This document shows positions 15,101 to 29,806 of a stretch of 64,000 nt of DNA, piece after piece. The first letter of the stretch is position 1; every line of letters starts with the position of its first letter. The notes under the pieces are model-generated. The model had not been told where the DNA came from. It saw nothing but the letters and a program-made list of their open reading frames with translations, and made no database searches. The position numbers and the translations under genes are program-made. This stretch comes from the human T2T-CHM13v2.0 reference genome, Homo sapiens, in the NCBI RefSeq assembly GCF_009914755.1, contig NC_060940.1; one strand, written 5' to 3'.

Positions 15101-17688
15101 GATTCACTTCTCGTCCATTGGATGATTCCATTTCATTCCATTCGATGATGATTCCATTCGATTGCATTCGATGATTCCATTTGATTCCATGCGACGGTGA
15201 GCAATTCGATTCAATTCCATGATGATTCTATTTGATTCAATTAGATGATGTTTCCATTCGAATCCATTCCATGATTATTCCATTGGAATCTATTTGGCGA
15301 TGATTCCATATGAGTCAATTCAATGATGATTCCATATGGGTCCGTTCGATGATAATTCCATTTGATTTCATTCGATGCTTCTATTCTATTCCAGTCGATG
15401 ATGATTCCGTTGGAGTCCATACGATGATTCCATTTGATTTCATTTGATGATGATTCCATTCGATGATGATTACATTGGATTCCATTCTATGATTCCATTC
15501 AATTCCATTCGTTGATGATTCAATTCCATTCAATGATGATTCCATTTGAGTTCATTCGATGATTCTATTCGATTCCGTTCGATGGTGATTCAATTCTATT
15601 ATATTGGATGATTCCACTCGATTCCATTTGATGATTATTCCATTGGAGTCCACTTAGTGAATCCTTTAGATTCTACTCGACGATGATTCCATTCGAGTCC
15701 ATTCAATGATACCATTCAATTTCATTCGTTGATGCTTCCATTCAAGTGCATTCGATGATATCATTCGATTCCATTTGATGATAATTCCATTTGATTCCAT
15801 GTGATGATTCTATTCGATTCCATTCAATGATAATTCCATTCAATTCAGTGATTCCTCTGGACTCCATTTGATGATGATTCCATTCAATGATTCCATTCGA
15901 TTCTATTCCAAAATGATTCCATTTGAATCCATTTGATGATGATTCCATTAGATTCCATTTGATGATTCCATTCGATTGCATTTGACGATGATTCCATTCG
16001 ATTCCATTTGATGATTCCATTCTATTCTATTCGATGATGATTCCATTCGATTCCATTTGATGATGATTGGATTCGATTCCATTTGATGATTTCATTTGAT
16101 TCCATTCGTTAATGATTTCGATCAACTCCATTCGATGATTCCATTTGATTCCATTCGATAATGATTACATCCGAGTCCATTCGATGATTCCATTTGAGCC
16201 CGTTCAATAATTCCATTTGAGTCCAATCAATGATTCCATTCATTTCCATTCAATGATTCCATTCGAGTCCATTTGATCATTCCGGTAGTGTCCGTTCGAT
16301 GTTGATTCCATTGGAGTGCATTCGATGATTCCATTCGAGTCCATTTTATGATTTGATTCGAGTCCTTTCGATGATTCCATTCGATTCCACTCGATGATGA
16401 TTTCATTCGAGTCCATTCGACACTTCCAATCGATTCCATTTGATGTTTCCATTCGAGTCCAATTGATGATTCCATTCAATTCCATTCGATGATGATTCCG
16501 TACGATTCCATTCTGTGATGATTCCATGTGATTGCATTCCATGATGATTCCTTTCGATTGCATTCGATTATGATTCATTTCGTGTTCATTCTATGGTTCC
16601 ACAGGTTTCCATTCGATGACGTTTCCGTTCGTGTCCATTCCATTATTCCATTCTATTTCATTTGATGATGATTCCATTCGATTCCATTCATTGGTGATTC
16701 CACTCAATTCCATTCAATGATTCCATTCCATTTCTTTCAACAATGATTCCATTAGTTTCTATTCGATGATCCACTTGATTCCATTTGGCGATGATTCCAT
16801 TCGTGTCCATTCGATGATTCCATTTGATTCCATATGATGATGATTCCATTCGATTCCATACCATGATGATTCCATTCGAGTCCATTCAATGGTGATTCCA
16901 TTCAATTCCATTCGATGATTCCTTCCGATTCCATTCGATGATGATGGCATTCGATTCCTTTCAATCATTCCCTTTGATTCCATTCCGAGGTGATTTCATT
17001 CAAGTCCATTCGATAATTGCATTCGATTCCATTCTATGATGATTCCATTCGAGTCCATTTGATGATTCCATTCAATTCAAGTCAATGATGATTCCATTCA
17101 ATTCCACTCGATGATTCCAGTGGATTCCATTCGATGATGATTCCATTCAAATCCATTCGATAATTCAATTCAAGTCCATTCGATGATGATTCCAATCGAA
17201 TCCATTCAAAGATTCCATTCAATTCCATTCGATGATGATTCCCTTAGATTCCATTCGATGATTCCACTTGATTCCATTTACGATGATTCCATTCGATTCC
17301 ATGTGATGAATCCATTCAATTCTATTCAATGATGTTTCCATTTGATTCCATTGGACCATGATTGCCTTTGATTCCATTCAATGATTCCATTCGGTTCCAT
17401 TTGATGATGATTCCGTTCGATTCCATTTCATTATTCCATTTGATTCCATTGGATGAGTCCATTCGATTACATTCGATGATTATTCCATTCGAGTGCATTA
17501 GATGATTGCATTCGAGTCCATTCGATGATTCCATTCGATTCCATTCGATGTTGATTCTGTTCAAATCCATTCGATGATTCCACTCGATTCCAATCGATGA
17601 CTCCATTTGATCCCATTCGATGATTTCCTGTGATTCCCTTTGATGATCATTCTATTTGATTCAATTCGGTGATTTCATTTCATTCCAT
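12128..17688 (+). repeat. Higher-order unit U3, 5,561 bp (570-bp deletion, +16 and +3 bp)
   Basis: The offset to U2 drops from 6112 to 5542 at ~12430, then rises to 5558 (16-bp insert ~16612) and 5561. Confidence 0.9.
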
Positions 17689-20600
17689 TCAGTGATGTTT
17701 CCATTCGACTGTATTCCATGATGATTCCATTCGACTCCATTCGATTATGATTTCATTCAATTCCATTCAATAATGATTCCCTTCGAGTCCATTCGATGAT
17801 TCCATTCGATTCCATTCAACGATGATTTGATTCGTTTCCATTCGATGATTCCATTTGATTCCACTTGATGATGATTCCATTCGAGTCCATTTGATGATTC
17901 CATTCGAGTCTATTTATGTATTATATTCGTGTCCACTTCATGATTCCATTCAATTCCATTTAATGTTGATTCCATTTGATTCCATTTGATGATTCAGTTC
18001 GATTCCTTGCAATGATTCCCTACGATTCCTTTCTCTGATGATTCCATTCGATTCCATTCATTGATGATTTCATTCGACTCCATTCGATGATGATTCCTTT
18101 CGATTCCATTTGACGATGTTTCCATTCGAGTCCATTCGATGATGATTCTATTCAATTCTGTTCTATTATGATTCCATTCGATTTCATTCAATGCTTCTAT
18201 TTGATTCCATTCGATGATGATTCCATCTCTTTCCCTTCGATGATTCCTTTTGATTCCATTCAGTGATGATTCCATTTGATTCCATCTGATGATGATTTCA
18301 CTTGATTCCTTTCAATGATGATTCAATTCAAGTCCATTCGATGATTCCTTTGGAGTCCAAACGATCATTCCGTTCGATTCCATTCAATGGTGATTCCATT
18401 CATGTCCATTCGATGAATCCATTCAATTCCATTCGATGATGACTCCATTCGAGTACATTCGATGATTCCATTTGATTCCATTTGAAGATGATTCCATTCA
18501 ATTCCATTCGAAGATGATTCCATTCAATTCCATTCGATGATGATTCCGTATGAATCCATTCTCTGATTATTCCATTCGATTCCATTCATTGACGATTCCA
18601 TTCAATTCCATTCAATGATGATTCTCTTCTATTCCATTCGATGATTCCGGTCGATTCCATTCGATGATGATTCCATTAGATTCCATTCGATTGTTGCATT
18701 CGATTCCCTTCGATGATGATTCCTTTGAATTCCATTCGATTATCATTCCGTATGAATCCATTTGATGATTATTCCATTGGATTCCTTTCGATGATGATTC
18801 CATTCGAGTCCATTCGATGATTCTATTCGAATCCATTTGATGATTTCTTTTGATTATAGTTGTTGATGATTCCTTTGGAGTCCATTCCATGATTCCATTC
18901 GATTCCAATCGATGATGATTCCATTAGTGTCCATTTAATGATTCCATTTGATTCCAGTCTCTGATGATTACATTCGAGTCCATACGATGATTCCACTCAA
19001 TTCCATATGATGATGATTCCATTCGATTCCATTCGATGATTCCATTCTATTCTATTCAATGGTGATTCCATTCGAGTACATTAGATGATTCCATTCGATT
19101 CCATTCAATGATGATTCTATTTGTGTCCCTTACATGGTTCCACATGATTCCATTAGATGATGATACTATTTGAGCCCATCCAATGATTCCCTTCGATTCC
19201 ATTCGATGAGGATTCCATTCGATTCAATTCATTGGTGATTCTATTCAATTCAATTCTTTGATTCCATTCCATTCCATTCGACAATGATTCCATTCGATTT
19301 CTTTCGATGATTCCACTCGATTCCACTTGACATTGATTCCATTCGATTCCATTCAATGATTCCGTTTGATTCCAGTGGATGATGATTGCCATCGATTCCA
19401 TTCGATCACTCCATTCTATTCCATTTGATGATGATTACATTCGATTCCATTTGATGATTCCATCTGATTCTATTCGAGGATTCCATTTGATTCCATTCGA
19501 TGATGATTCCATTTGAGTCCATTCGATGATTTCATTCGAGTACATCCAATGATTCCATTCGAGTCCATTTGATGATTCCATTTGATTCCATTTGATTATG
19601 ATTCTACTAGAGTCCATTCAATGACTCCATTCGAATCCATTCAACAATTCCATTCGAGTCCATTCGAAGATTCCATTTCATGATTCCATTCGAGTCCATT
19701 TAATCATTACAGTCGAGTCCGTTTGGTGATTCCACTGGATTTCTTTTGATAATGATACCATTCCATTACATTTGATGATGATCCCATTCAATTTCATTTG
19801 ATGATGATTCCATTAGAGTCCATTCAATGATTTCATTCGAGTCCCTTCATTGATTCCATACGATTTCATTGGATGATGACTCCATTCGAGTCCATTCGAT
19901 GATTCCACTCGATTCCATTAGATGATTCCATTGGAGTCCATTTGATTGTTCCATTCGATTCCATTCGATTCCTTTCGAAGATTATTCCATTTGAGTCCAT
20001 TCGATGATGTTTCCATTCCATTCCATTCCATTCGATGATTCCGTTTGATTCCATTCGATGATTCCCTTTGATTCCTTTCTATGATGATTCCATTCCATTC
20101 CATTCAATGATTCCATTCGAATCTATTCCATGATGATTCCTTTCGATTCCATTCGCTGATGTTTCCGTTCAATTCCATTCGATGATGATTCCATTCGATT
20201 CCATTCATTGAGGATTCCATTGGATTCCATTCAATGATGATTCCATTCTATTCCATTCAATGATTGCATTCAATTCCATTCAATGATTATCCCCTTAGAG
20301 TAAACTCAACGATTCCATTCAATACCATTCGATGATGATTCCTTTTGAGTCCATTCAATGATTTCATTCAAGTCCATTTGATGATTCCTTTCAATTCCAT
20401 TCTATGATGATTCCATTCGAGTCCATTCGATGATTCCATTCGATTGCATTCGACGATTCCCTTATATTCCATTCAACGATGATTCCATTCGAGTCCATTC
20501 GATGATTCCATTAGAGTACATTTAATGATTGCTTTGTTTTCAATTCGAAGATGATTACATTGGATTCCATTCTTTGATACCATTCGATTCCATTCAATGA

Positions 20601-23600
20601 TGATTCCACTCAAATCCATTGGATGATTCCATTCGTGTCCATTCGGTGATTTCATTAGATTCCATTCGAGGATGATTCCATTCGATGATTCCATTCAATT
20701 CCATTCGATGATGATTCCATTCCAGTCCATATGATCATTCCATTTGATTTCATTCGATGATGATTCCATTCGATTCCATTCGACGATTCCATTCTATTCC
20801 ATTCGAGGATGATTCCATTCGAGTCCATTCGATCATTCCATTCGAGTCCATTTAATGATTCCATTGGGTTCAATTCAATGATGATTACATTGGATTCCGT
20901 TCTATGATTCCATTCAATTCCGTTCATTGACAATTTGATTCCATTCGATGATGATTCCATTTGAGTTCATTCGATGATTCTATTCGATTCTCTTCGATGG
21001 TGATTCAATTCTATTATATTGGATGATTCCATTCGATTCCATTTGATGTTGATTCAATTCGATTCTATTCGATGATGATTCCATTGGATTTCACTTGATG
21101 ATTCTATTCGATTCCATTCAATGATGATTCACTTCTCGTCCACTGGATGATTCCATTTCATTCCATTCGATGATGATTCCATTCGATTCCATTCGATGAT
21201 TCCATTTGATTCCATGCGACGGTGAGCAATTCGATTCAATTCCATGATGATTCTATTTGATTCAATTAGATGATGTTTCCATTCGAATCCATTCCATGAT
21301 TATTCCATTGGAATCCATTCGGCGATGATTCCATATGAGTCAATTCAATGATGATTCCATATGGGTCCGTTCGATGATAATTCCATTTGATTTCATTCGA
21401 TGCTTCTATTCTATTCCAGTCGATGATGATTCCGTTGGAGTCCATACGATGATTCCATTTGATTTCATTTGATGATGATTCCATTCGATGATGATTACAT
21501 TGGATTCCATTCTATGATTCCATTCAATTCCATTCGTTGATGATTCGATTCCATTCAATGATGATTCCATTTGAGTTCATTCGATGATTCTATTCGATTC
21601 CGTTCGATGGTGATTCAATTCTATTATATTGGATGATTCCACTCGATTCCATTTGATGATTATTCCATTGGAGTCCACTTAGTGAATCCTTTAGATTCTA
21701 CTCGACGATGATTCCATTCGAGTCCATTCGATGATACCATTCAATTCCATTCGTTGATGCTTCCATTCAAGTGCATTCGATGATATCATTCGATTCCATT
21801 TGATGATAATTCCATTTGATTCCATGCGATGATTCTATTCGATTCCATTCAATGATAATTCCATTCAATTCAGTGATTCCTCTGGACTCCATTTGATGAT
21901 GATTCCATTCAATGATTCCATTCGATTCTATTCGAAAATGATTCCATTTGAATCCATTTGATGATGATTCCATTAGATTCCATTTGATGATTCCATTCGA
22001 TTCCATTCGACGATGATTCCATTCGATTCCGTTTGATGATTCCATTCTATTCTATTCGATGATGATTCCATTCGATTCCATTCGATGATGATTGGATTCG
22101 ATTCCATTTGATGATTTCATTTGATTCCATTCGTTAATGATTTCGATCAATTCCATTCGATGATTCCATTCGATTCCATTCAATAATGATTACATCCGAG
22201 TCCATTCGATGATTCCCTTTGAGCCTGTTCGATAATTCCATTTGAGTCCAACCAATGATTCCATTCATTTCCATTCAATGATTCCATTCGAGTCCATTTG
22301 ATCATTCCGGTAGGGTCCATTCGATGTTGATTCCATTGGAGTGCATTCGATGATTCCATTCGAGTCCATTTTAGGATTTGATTCGAGTCCTTTCGATGAT
22401 TCCATTCGATTCCACTCGATGATGATTTCATTCGAGTCCATTCGACACTTCCAATCGATTCCATTTGATGATTCCATTCGAGTCCAATTGATGATTCCAT
22501 TCAATTCCATTCGATGATGATTCCGTACGATTCCATTCTGTGATGATTCCATGTGATTGCATTCAATGATGATTCCTTTCGATTGCATTCGATTATGATT
22601 CATTTCGTGTTCATTCTATGGTTCCACAGGTTTCCATTCGTGTCCATTCCATTATTCCATTCTATTCCATTTGATGATGATTCCATTCGATTCCATTCAT
22701 TGGTGATTCCACTCAATTCCATTCAATGATTCCATTCCATTTCTTTCAACAATGATTCCATTAGTTTCTAATCGATGATCCACTTGATTCCATTTGACGA
22801 CGATTCCATTCTTGTCCATTCGATGATTCCATTTGATTCCATATGATGATGATTCCATTCGATTCCATACCATGATGATTCCATTCGAGTCCATTCAATG
22901 GTGATTCCATTCAATTCCATTCGATGATTCCTTTTGATTCCATTCGATGATGATGGCATTCGATTCCTTTCAATCATTCCCTTTGATTCCATTCAAAGGT
23001 GATTTCATTCAAGTCCATTCGATAATTGCATTCGATTCCATTCTATGATGATTCCATTCGAGTCCATTTGATGATTCCATTCAATTCAAGTCAATGATGA
23101 TTCCATTCGATTCCATTCGATGATTCCATTGGATTCCATTCGATGATGATTCCATTCAAATCCATTCGATAATTCAATTCAAGTCCATTCGATGATGATT
23201 CCAATCGAATCCATTCAAAGATTCCATTCAGTTCCATTCGATGATTCCCTTAGATTCCATTCGATGATTCCACTTGATTGCATTTACGATGATTCCATTC
23301 GATTCCATGTGATGATTCCATTCAATTCTATTCAATGATGTCTCCATTTGATTCCATTCGACCATGATTGCCTTTGATTCCATTCAATGATTCCATTCGG
23401 TTCCGTTTGATGATGATTCCGTTCGATTCCATTTGATGATTCCATTTGATTCCATTGGATGAGTCCATTCGATTACATTCGATGATTATTCCATTCGAGT
23501 GCATTAGATGATTCCATTCGAGTCCATTCGATGATTCCATTCGATTCCATTCGATGTTGATTCTGTTCAAATCCATTCGATGATTCCACTCGATTCCATT

Positions 23601-23694
23601 CGTTGACTCCATTTGATCCCATTCGATGATTTCCTTTGATTCCCTTTGATGATCATTCCATTTGATTCAATTCGGTGATTTCATTTGATTCCAT
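17689..23694 (+). repeat. Higher-order unit U4, 6,006 bp, with ~0.9-kb patch of segment X replacing ~1 kb of canonical sequence
   Basis: Leaves the canonical path at ~17905 (GTCTATTTATGTATTATATTCGTG) and rejoins at ~18790-18807 just before TTCTATTCGAATCC...TTTTGATTATAG. Confidence 0.87.
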
Positions 23695-26600
23695 TCAGTG
23701 ATGTTTCCATTCGACTCCATTCGATGATGATTCCATTCGACTCCATTCGATTATGATTTCATTCAATTCCATTCGATAATGATTCCCTTCGAGTCCATTC
23801 GATGATTCCATTCGATTCCATTCAACGATGATTTGATTCGTGTCCATTCGATGATTCCATTTGATTCCACTTGATGATGATTCCATTCGAGTCCATTTGA
23901 TGATTCCATTCAATTCCATACTCCGATGATTTCTTTTGAGCCCACTCAATGCTTCCACTCGATTCCATATGATGATGACTCCATTCGATGAAATTCGATG
24001 ATGATTCCATTCGCTTGCTTTCGATGATGATTCCACTTGAGTCCGTTAGAAGATTCTATTCAATTACATTCCATGACGATTCCGTTCGAGTCCATTTGAT
24101 GATTCCATTAGACTCCATTCGACGATGATTCCATTCGATGTTATTCGATGATTCCATTCGATCTCATTCGATGATGATTCCATTCAACTCCATTCGATGT
24201 TTCCATTCGAGTTCATTCTATTATTCCATTAGATTCCATTCGATGATGATTCCATTCGATTCCATTTGATGATTGCATTCTATTTCATTTGATGATGATT
24301 CCATTCGAGTCCACTCGATGATTCCATTCGAGTCCATTTAATGAATCCATTGGTTTCAATTCTATGATGATTACATTGGATTCCATTCGTTGATGATTTC
24401 ATTCGGTTCCATTCAATGATGATTCCATTCAATTCCTTTCAATGTTTCCATTCAATTCCATACGATGATGATTCCATTTGATTTGATTCGACAGTGAGCC
24501 ATTCGATTCAATTCCATGATGATTCTATTTGATTCAATTGGTTGACATTTCCATTCGATTCCATTCGATGATGATTCCCTTTGATTCCGTTCAAAGATGA
24601 TTCCATTCTAGCCCATTCAATCATTCCATTCGATTCTATTCAATGATGATTCCATTCATGTCGATTTGGTGATTCCATTTGACTTCATTTGATGATGATT
24701 CCTTTCAAGTTCATTAGATGATTCCATTCGATTCCATTTGATGATGATCCCATTCGAGTCCATTCAGTGATTCCATTCGTTTCCATTCCATGATGATTCC
24801 ATTCCTTTCCATTCAATGATTCCATTCGATTCCGTTTGATGATGATTTCATTCGAGTCCATTTGATGATTCCATTTGATTCCATTCGATGATGATTCCAT
24901 TCGAGTCCATTCGATGATTCTATTCGAATCCATTTGATGATTTCTTTTGATTATATTTGGTGATGATTCCATGGGAGTCCATTCAATGATTCCATTCTAT
25001 TCCAATCGATGATGATTCCATTAGAGTCCATTTAATGATTCCATTTGATTCCAGTCTCTGATGATTACATTCGAGTCCATACGATGATTCCACTCAATTC
25101 CATATGATGATGATTCCATTTGATTCCATTCGGTGATTCCATTCTATTCTATTCAATGGTGATTCCATTCGAGTACATTAGATGATTCCATTCGATTCCA
25201 TTCAATGATGATTCTATTTGTGTCCCTTAGATGATTCCACATGATTCCATTAGATGATGATACTATTTGAGCCCATCCAATGATTCCCTTCGATTCCATT
25301 CGATGAGGATTCCATTCGATTCAATTCATTGGTGATTCTATTCAATTCAATTCTTTGATTCCATTCCATTCCATTCGACAATGATTCCATTCGATTTCTT
25401 TCGATGATTCCACTCGATTCCACTTGACATTGATTCCATTCGATTCCATTCAATGATTCCATTTGATTCCAGTGGATGATGATTGCCATCGATTCCATTC
25501 GATCACTCCATTCTATTCCATTTGATGATGATTACATTCGATTCCATTTGATGATTCCATCTGATTCTATTCGAGGATTCCATTTGATTCCATTCGATGA
25601 TGATTCCATTCGAGTCCATTCGATGATTTCATTCGAGTACATCCAATGATTCCATTCGAGTCCATTAGATGATTCCATTTGATTCCATTTGAAAATGATT
25701 CTACTAGAGTCCATTCAATGACTCCATTCGAGTCCATTCAACAATTCCATTCGACTCCATTCGATGATTCCATTCGATTCCATTTGATGGTTCCATTCGA
25801 GTCCATTTAATCATTACAGTCGAGTCCATTTGGTGATTCCACTGGATTTCTTTTGATAATGATACCATTCAATTACATTTGATGATGATCCCATTCAATT
25901 TCATTTGATGATGATTCCATTAGAGTCCATTCGATGATTTCATTCGAGTCCCTTCATTGATTCCATCCGATTTCATTGGATGATGACTCCATTCGAGTCC
26001 ATTCGATGATTCCACTCGATTCCATTAGATGACTCCATTGGAGTCCATTTGATTGTTCCATTCGATTCCATTCGATTCCTTTCGAAGATTATTCCATTTG
26101 AGTCCATTCGATGATGATTCCATTCCATTCCATTCGATGATTCCGTTTGATTCCATTCGATGATTCCCTTCGATTCCTTTCTTTGATGATTCCATTCCAT
26201 TCCATTCAATGATTCCATTCGAATCTATTCCATGATGATTCCTTTCGATTCCATTCGCTGATGTTTCCGTTCAATTCCATTCGATGATGATTCCATTCGA
26301 TTCCATTCATTGAGGATTCCATTTGATTCCATTCAATGATGATTCCATTCTATTCCATTCAATGATTGCATTCAATTCCATTCAATGATTATCCCCTTAG
26401 AGTAAACTCAACGATTCCATTCAATACCATTCGATGATGATTCCTTTTGAGTCCATTCAATGATTTCATTCAAGTCCATTTGATGATTCCTTTCAATTCC
26501 ATTCTATGATGATTCCATTCGAGTCCATTCGATGATTCCATTCGATTGCATTCGATGATTCCATTATATTCCATTCAACGGTGATTCCATTCGAGTCCAT

Positions 26601-29600
26601 TCCATGATTCCATTAGAGTACATTTAATGATTGCTTTGTTTTCAATTCGAAGATGATTACATTGGATTCCATTCTATGATACCATTCGATTCCATTCAAT
26701 GATGATTCCACTCAAATCCATTGGATGATTCCATTCGTGTCCATTCGGTGATTTCATTAGATTCCATTCGAGGATGATTCCATTCGATTCCATTCGATGA
26801 TTCCATTCAATTCCATTCGATGATGATTCCATTCCAGTCCATATGATCATTCCATTTGATTTCATTCGATGATGATTCCATTCGATTCCATTCGACGATT
26901 CCATTCTATTCCATTCGATGATGATTCCATTCGAGTCCATTCGATGATTCCATTCGAGTCCATTTAATGATTCCATTGGGTTCAATTCAATGATGATTAC
27001 ATTGGATTCCGTTCTATGATTCCATTCAATTCCGTTCATTGACAATTTGATTCCATTCGATGATGATTCCATTTGAGTTCATTCGATGATTCTATTCGAT
27101 TCTCTTCGATGGTGATTCAATTCTATTATATTGGATGATTCCATTCGATTCCATTTGATGTTGATTCAATTCGATTCTATTCGATGATGATTCCATTGGA
27201 TTTCACTTGATGATTCTATTCGATTCCATTCAATGATGATTCACTTCTCGTCCATTGGATGATTCCATTTCATTCCATTCGATGATGATTCCATTCGATT
27301 CCATTCGATGATTCCATTTGATTCCATGCGACGGTGAGCAATTCGATTCAATTCCATGATGATTCTATTTGATTCAATTAGATGATGTTTCCATTCGAAT
27401 CCATTCCATGATTATTCCATTGGAATCCATTCGGCGATGATTCCATATGAGTCAATTCAATGATGATTCCATATGGGTCCGTTCGATGATAATTCCATTT
27501 GATTTCATTCGATGCTTCTATTCTATTCCAGTCGATGATGATTCCGTTGGAGTCCATACGATGATTCCATTTGATTTCATTTGATGATGGTTCCATTCGA
27601 TGATGATTACATTGGATTCCATTCTATGATTCCATTCAATTCCATTCGTTGATGATTCGATTCCATTCAATGATGATTCCATTTGAGTTCATTCGATGAT
27701 TCTATTCGATTCCGTTCGATGGTGATTCAATTCTATTATATTGGATGATTCCACTCGATTCCATTTGATGATTATTCCATTGGAGTCCACTTAGTGAATC
27801 CTTTAGATTCTACTCGACGATGATTCCATTCGAGTCCATTCGATGATACCATTCAATTCCATTCGTTGATGCTTCCATTCAAGTGCATTCGATGATATCA
27901 TTCGATTCCATTTGATGATAATTCCATTTGATTCCATGCGATGATTCTATTCGATTCCATTCAATGATAATTCCATTCAATTCAGTGATTCCTCTGGACT
28001 CCATTTGATGATGATTCCATTCAATGATTCCATTCGATTCTATTCGAAAATGATTCCATTTGAATCCATTTGATGATGATTCCATTAGATTCCATTTGAT
28101 GATTCCATTCGATTCCATTCGACGATGATTCCATTCGATTCCGTTTGATGATTCCATTCTATTCTATTCGATGATGATTCCATTCGATTCCATTCGATGA
28201 TGATTGGATTCGATTCCATTTGATGATTTCATTTGATTCCATTCGTTAATGATTTCGATCAATTCCATTCGATGATTCCATTCGATTCCATTCGATAATG
28301 ATTACATCCGAGTCCATTCGATGATTCCCTTTGAGCCTGTTCGATAATTCCATTTGAGTCCAACCAATGATTCCATTCATTTCCATTCAATGATTCCATT
28401 CGAGTCCATTTGATCATTCCGGTAGGGTCCATTCGATGTTGATTCCATTGGAGTGCATTCGATGATTCCATTCGAGTCCATTTTAGGATTTGATTCGAGT
28501 CCTTTCGATGATTCCATTCGATTCCACTCGATGATGATTTCATTCGAGTCCATTCGACACTTCCAATCGATTCCATTTGATGTTTCCATTCGAGTCCAAT
28601 TGATGATTCCATTCAATTCCATTCGATGATGATTCCGTACGATTCCATTCTGTGATGATTCCATGTGATTGCATTCAATGATGATTCCTTTCGATTGCAT
28701 TCGATTATGATTCATTTCGTGTTCATTCTATGGTTCCACAGGTTTCCATTCGTGTCCATTCCATTATTCCATTCTATTCCATTTGATGATGATTCCATTC
28801 GATTCCATTCATTGGTGATTCCACTCAATTCCATTCAATGATTCCATTCCATTTCTTTCAACAATGATTCCATTAGTTTCTAATCGATGATCCACTTGAT
28901 TCCATTTGACGACGATTCCATTCTTGTCCATTCGATGATTCCATTTGATTCCATATGATGATGATTCCATTCGATTCCATACCATGATGATTCCATTCGA
29001 GTCCATTCAATGGTGATTCCATTCAATTCCATTCGATGATTCCTTTCGATTCCATTCGATGATGATGGCATTCGATTCCTTTCAATCATTCCCTTTGATT
29101 CCATTCCGAGGTGATTTCATTCAAGTCCATTCGATAATTGCATTCGATTCCATTCTATGATGATTCCATTCGAGTCCATTTGATGATTCCATTCAATTCA
29201 AGTCAATGATGATTCCATTCGATTCCATTCGATGATTCCATTGGATTCCATTCGATGATGATTCCATTCAAATCCATTCGATAATTCAATTCAAGTCCAT
29301 TCGATGATGATTCCAATCGAATCCATTCAAAGATTCCATTCAGTTCCATTCGATGATTCCCTTAGATTCCATTCGATGATTCCACTTGATTGCATTTACG
29401 ATGATTCCATTCGATTCCATGTGATGATTCCATTCAATTCTATTCAATGATGTCTCCATTTGATTCCATTCGACCATGATTGCCTTTGATTCCATTCAAT
29501 GATTCCATTCGGTTCCGTTTGATGATGATTCCGTTCGATTCCATTTGATGATTCCATTTGATTCCATTGGATGAGTCCATTCGATTACATTCGATGATTA

Positions 29601-29806
29601 TTCCATTCGAGTGCATTAGATGATTCCATTCGAGTCCATTCGATGATTCCATTCGATTCCATTCGATGTTGATTCTGTTCAAATCCATTCGATGATTCCA
29701 CTCGATTCCATTCGTTGACTCCATTTGATCCCATTCGATGATTTCCTTTGATTCCCTTTGATGATCATTCCATTTGATTCAATTCGGTGATTTCATTTGA
29801 TTCCAT
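23695..29806 (+). repeat. Higher-order unit U5, canonical 6,112 bp
   Basis: All ORF-track landmarks recur at +6112 in U6. Confidence 0.92.
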
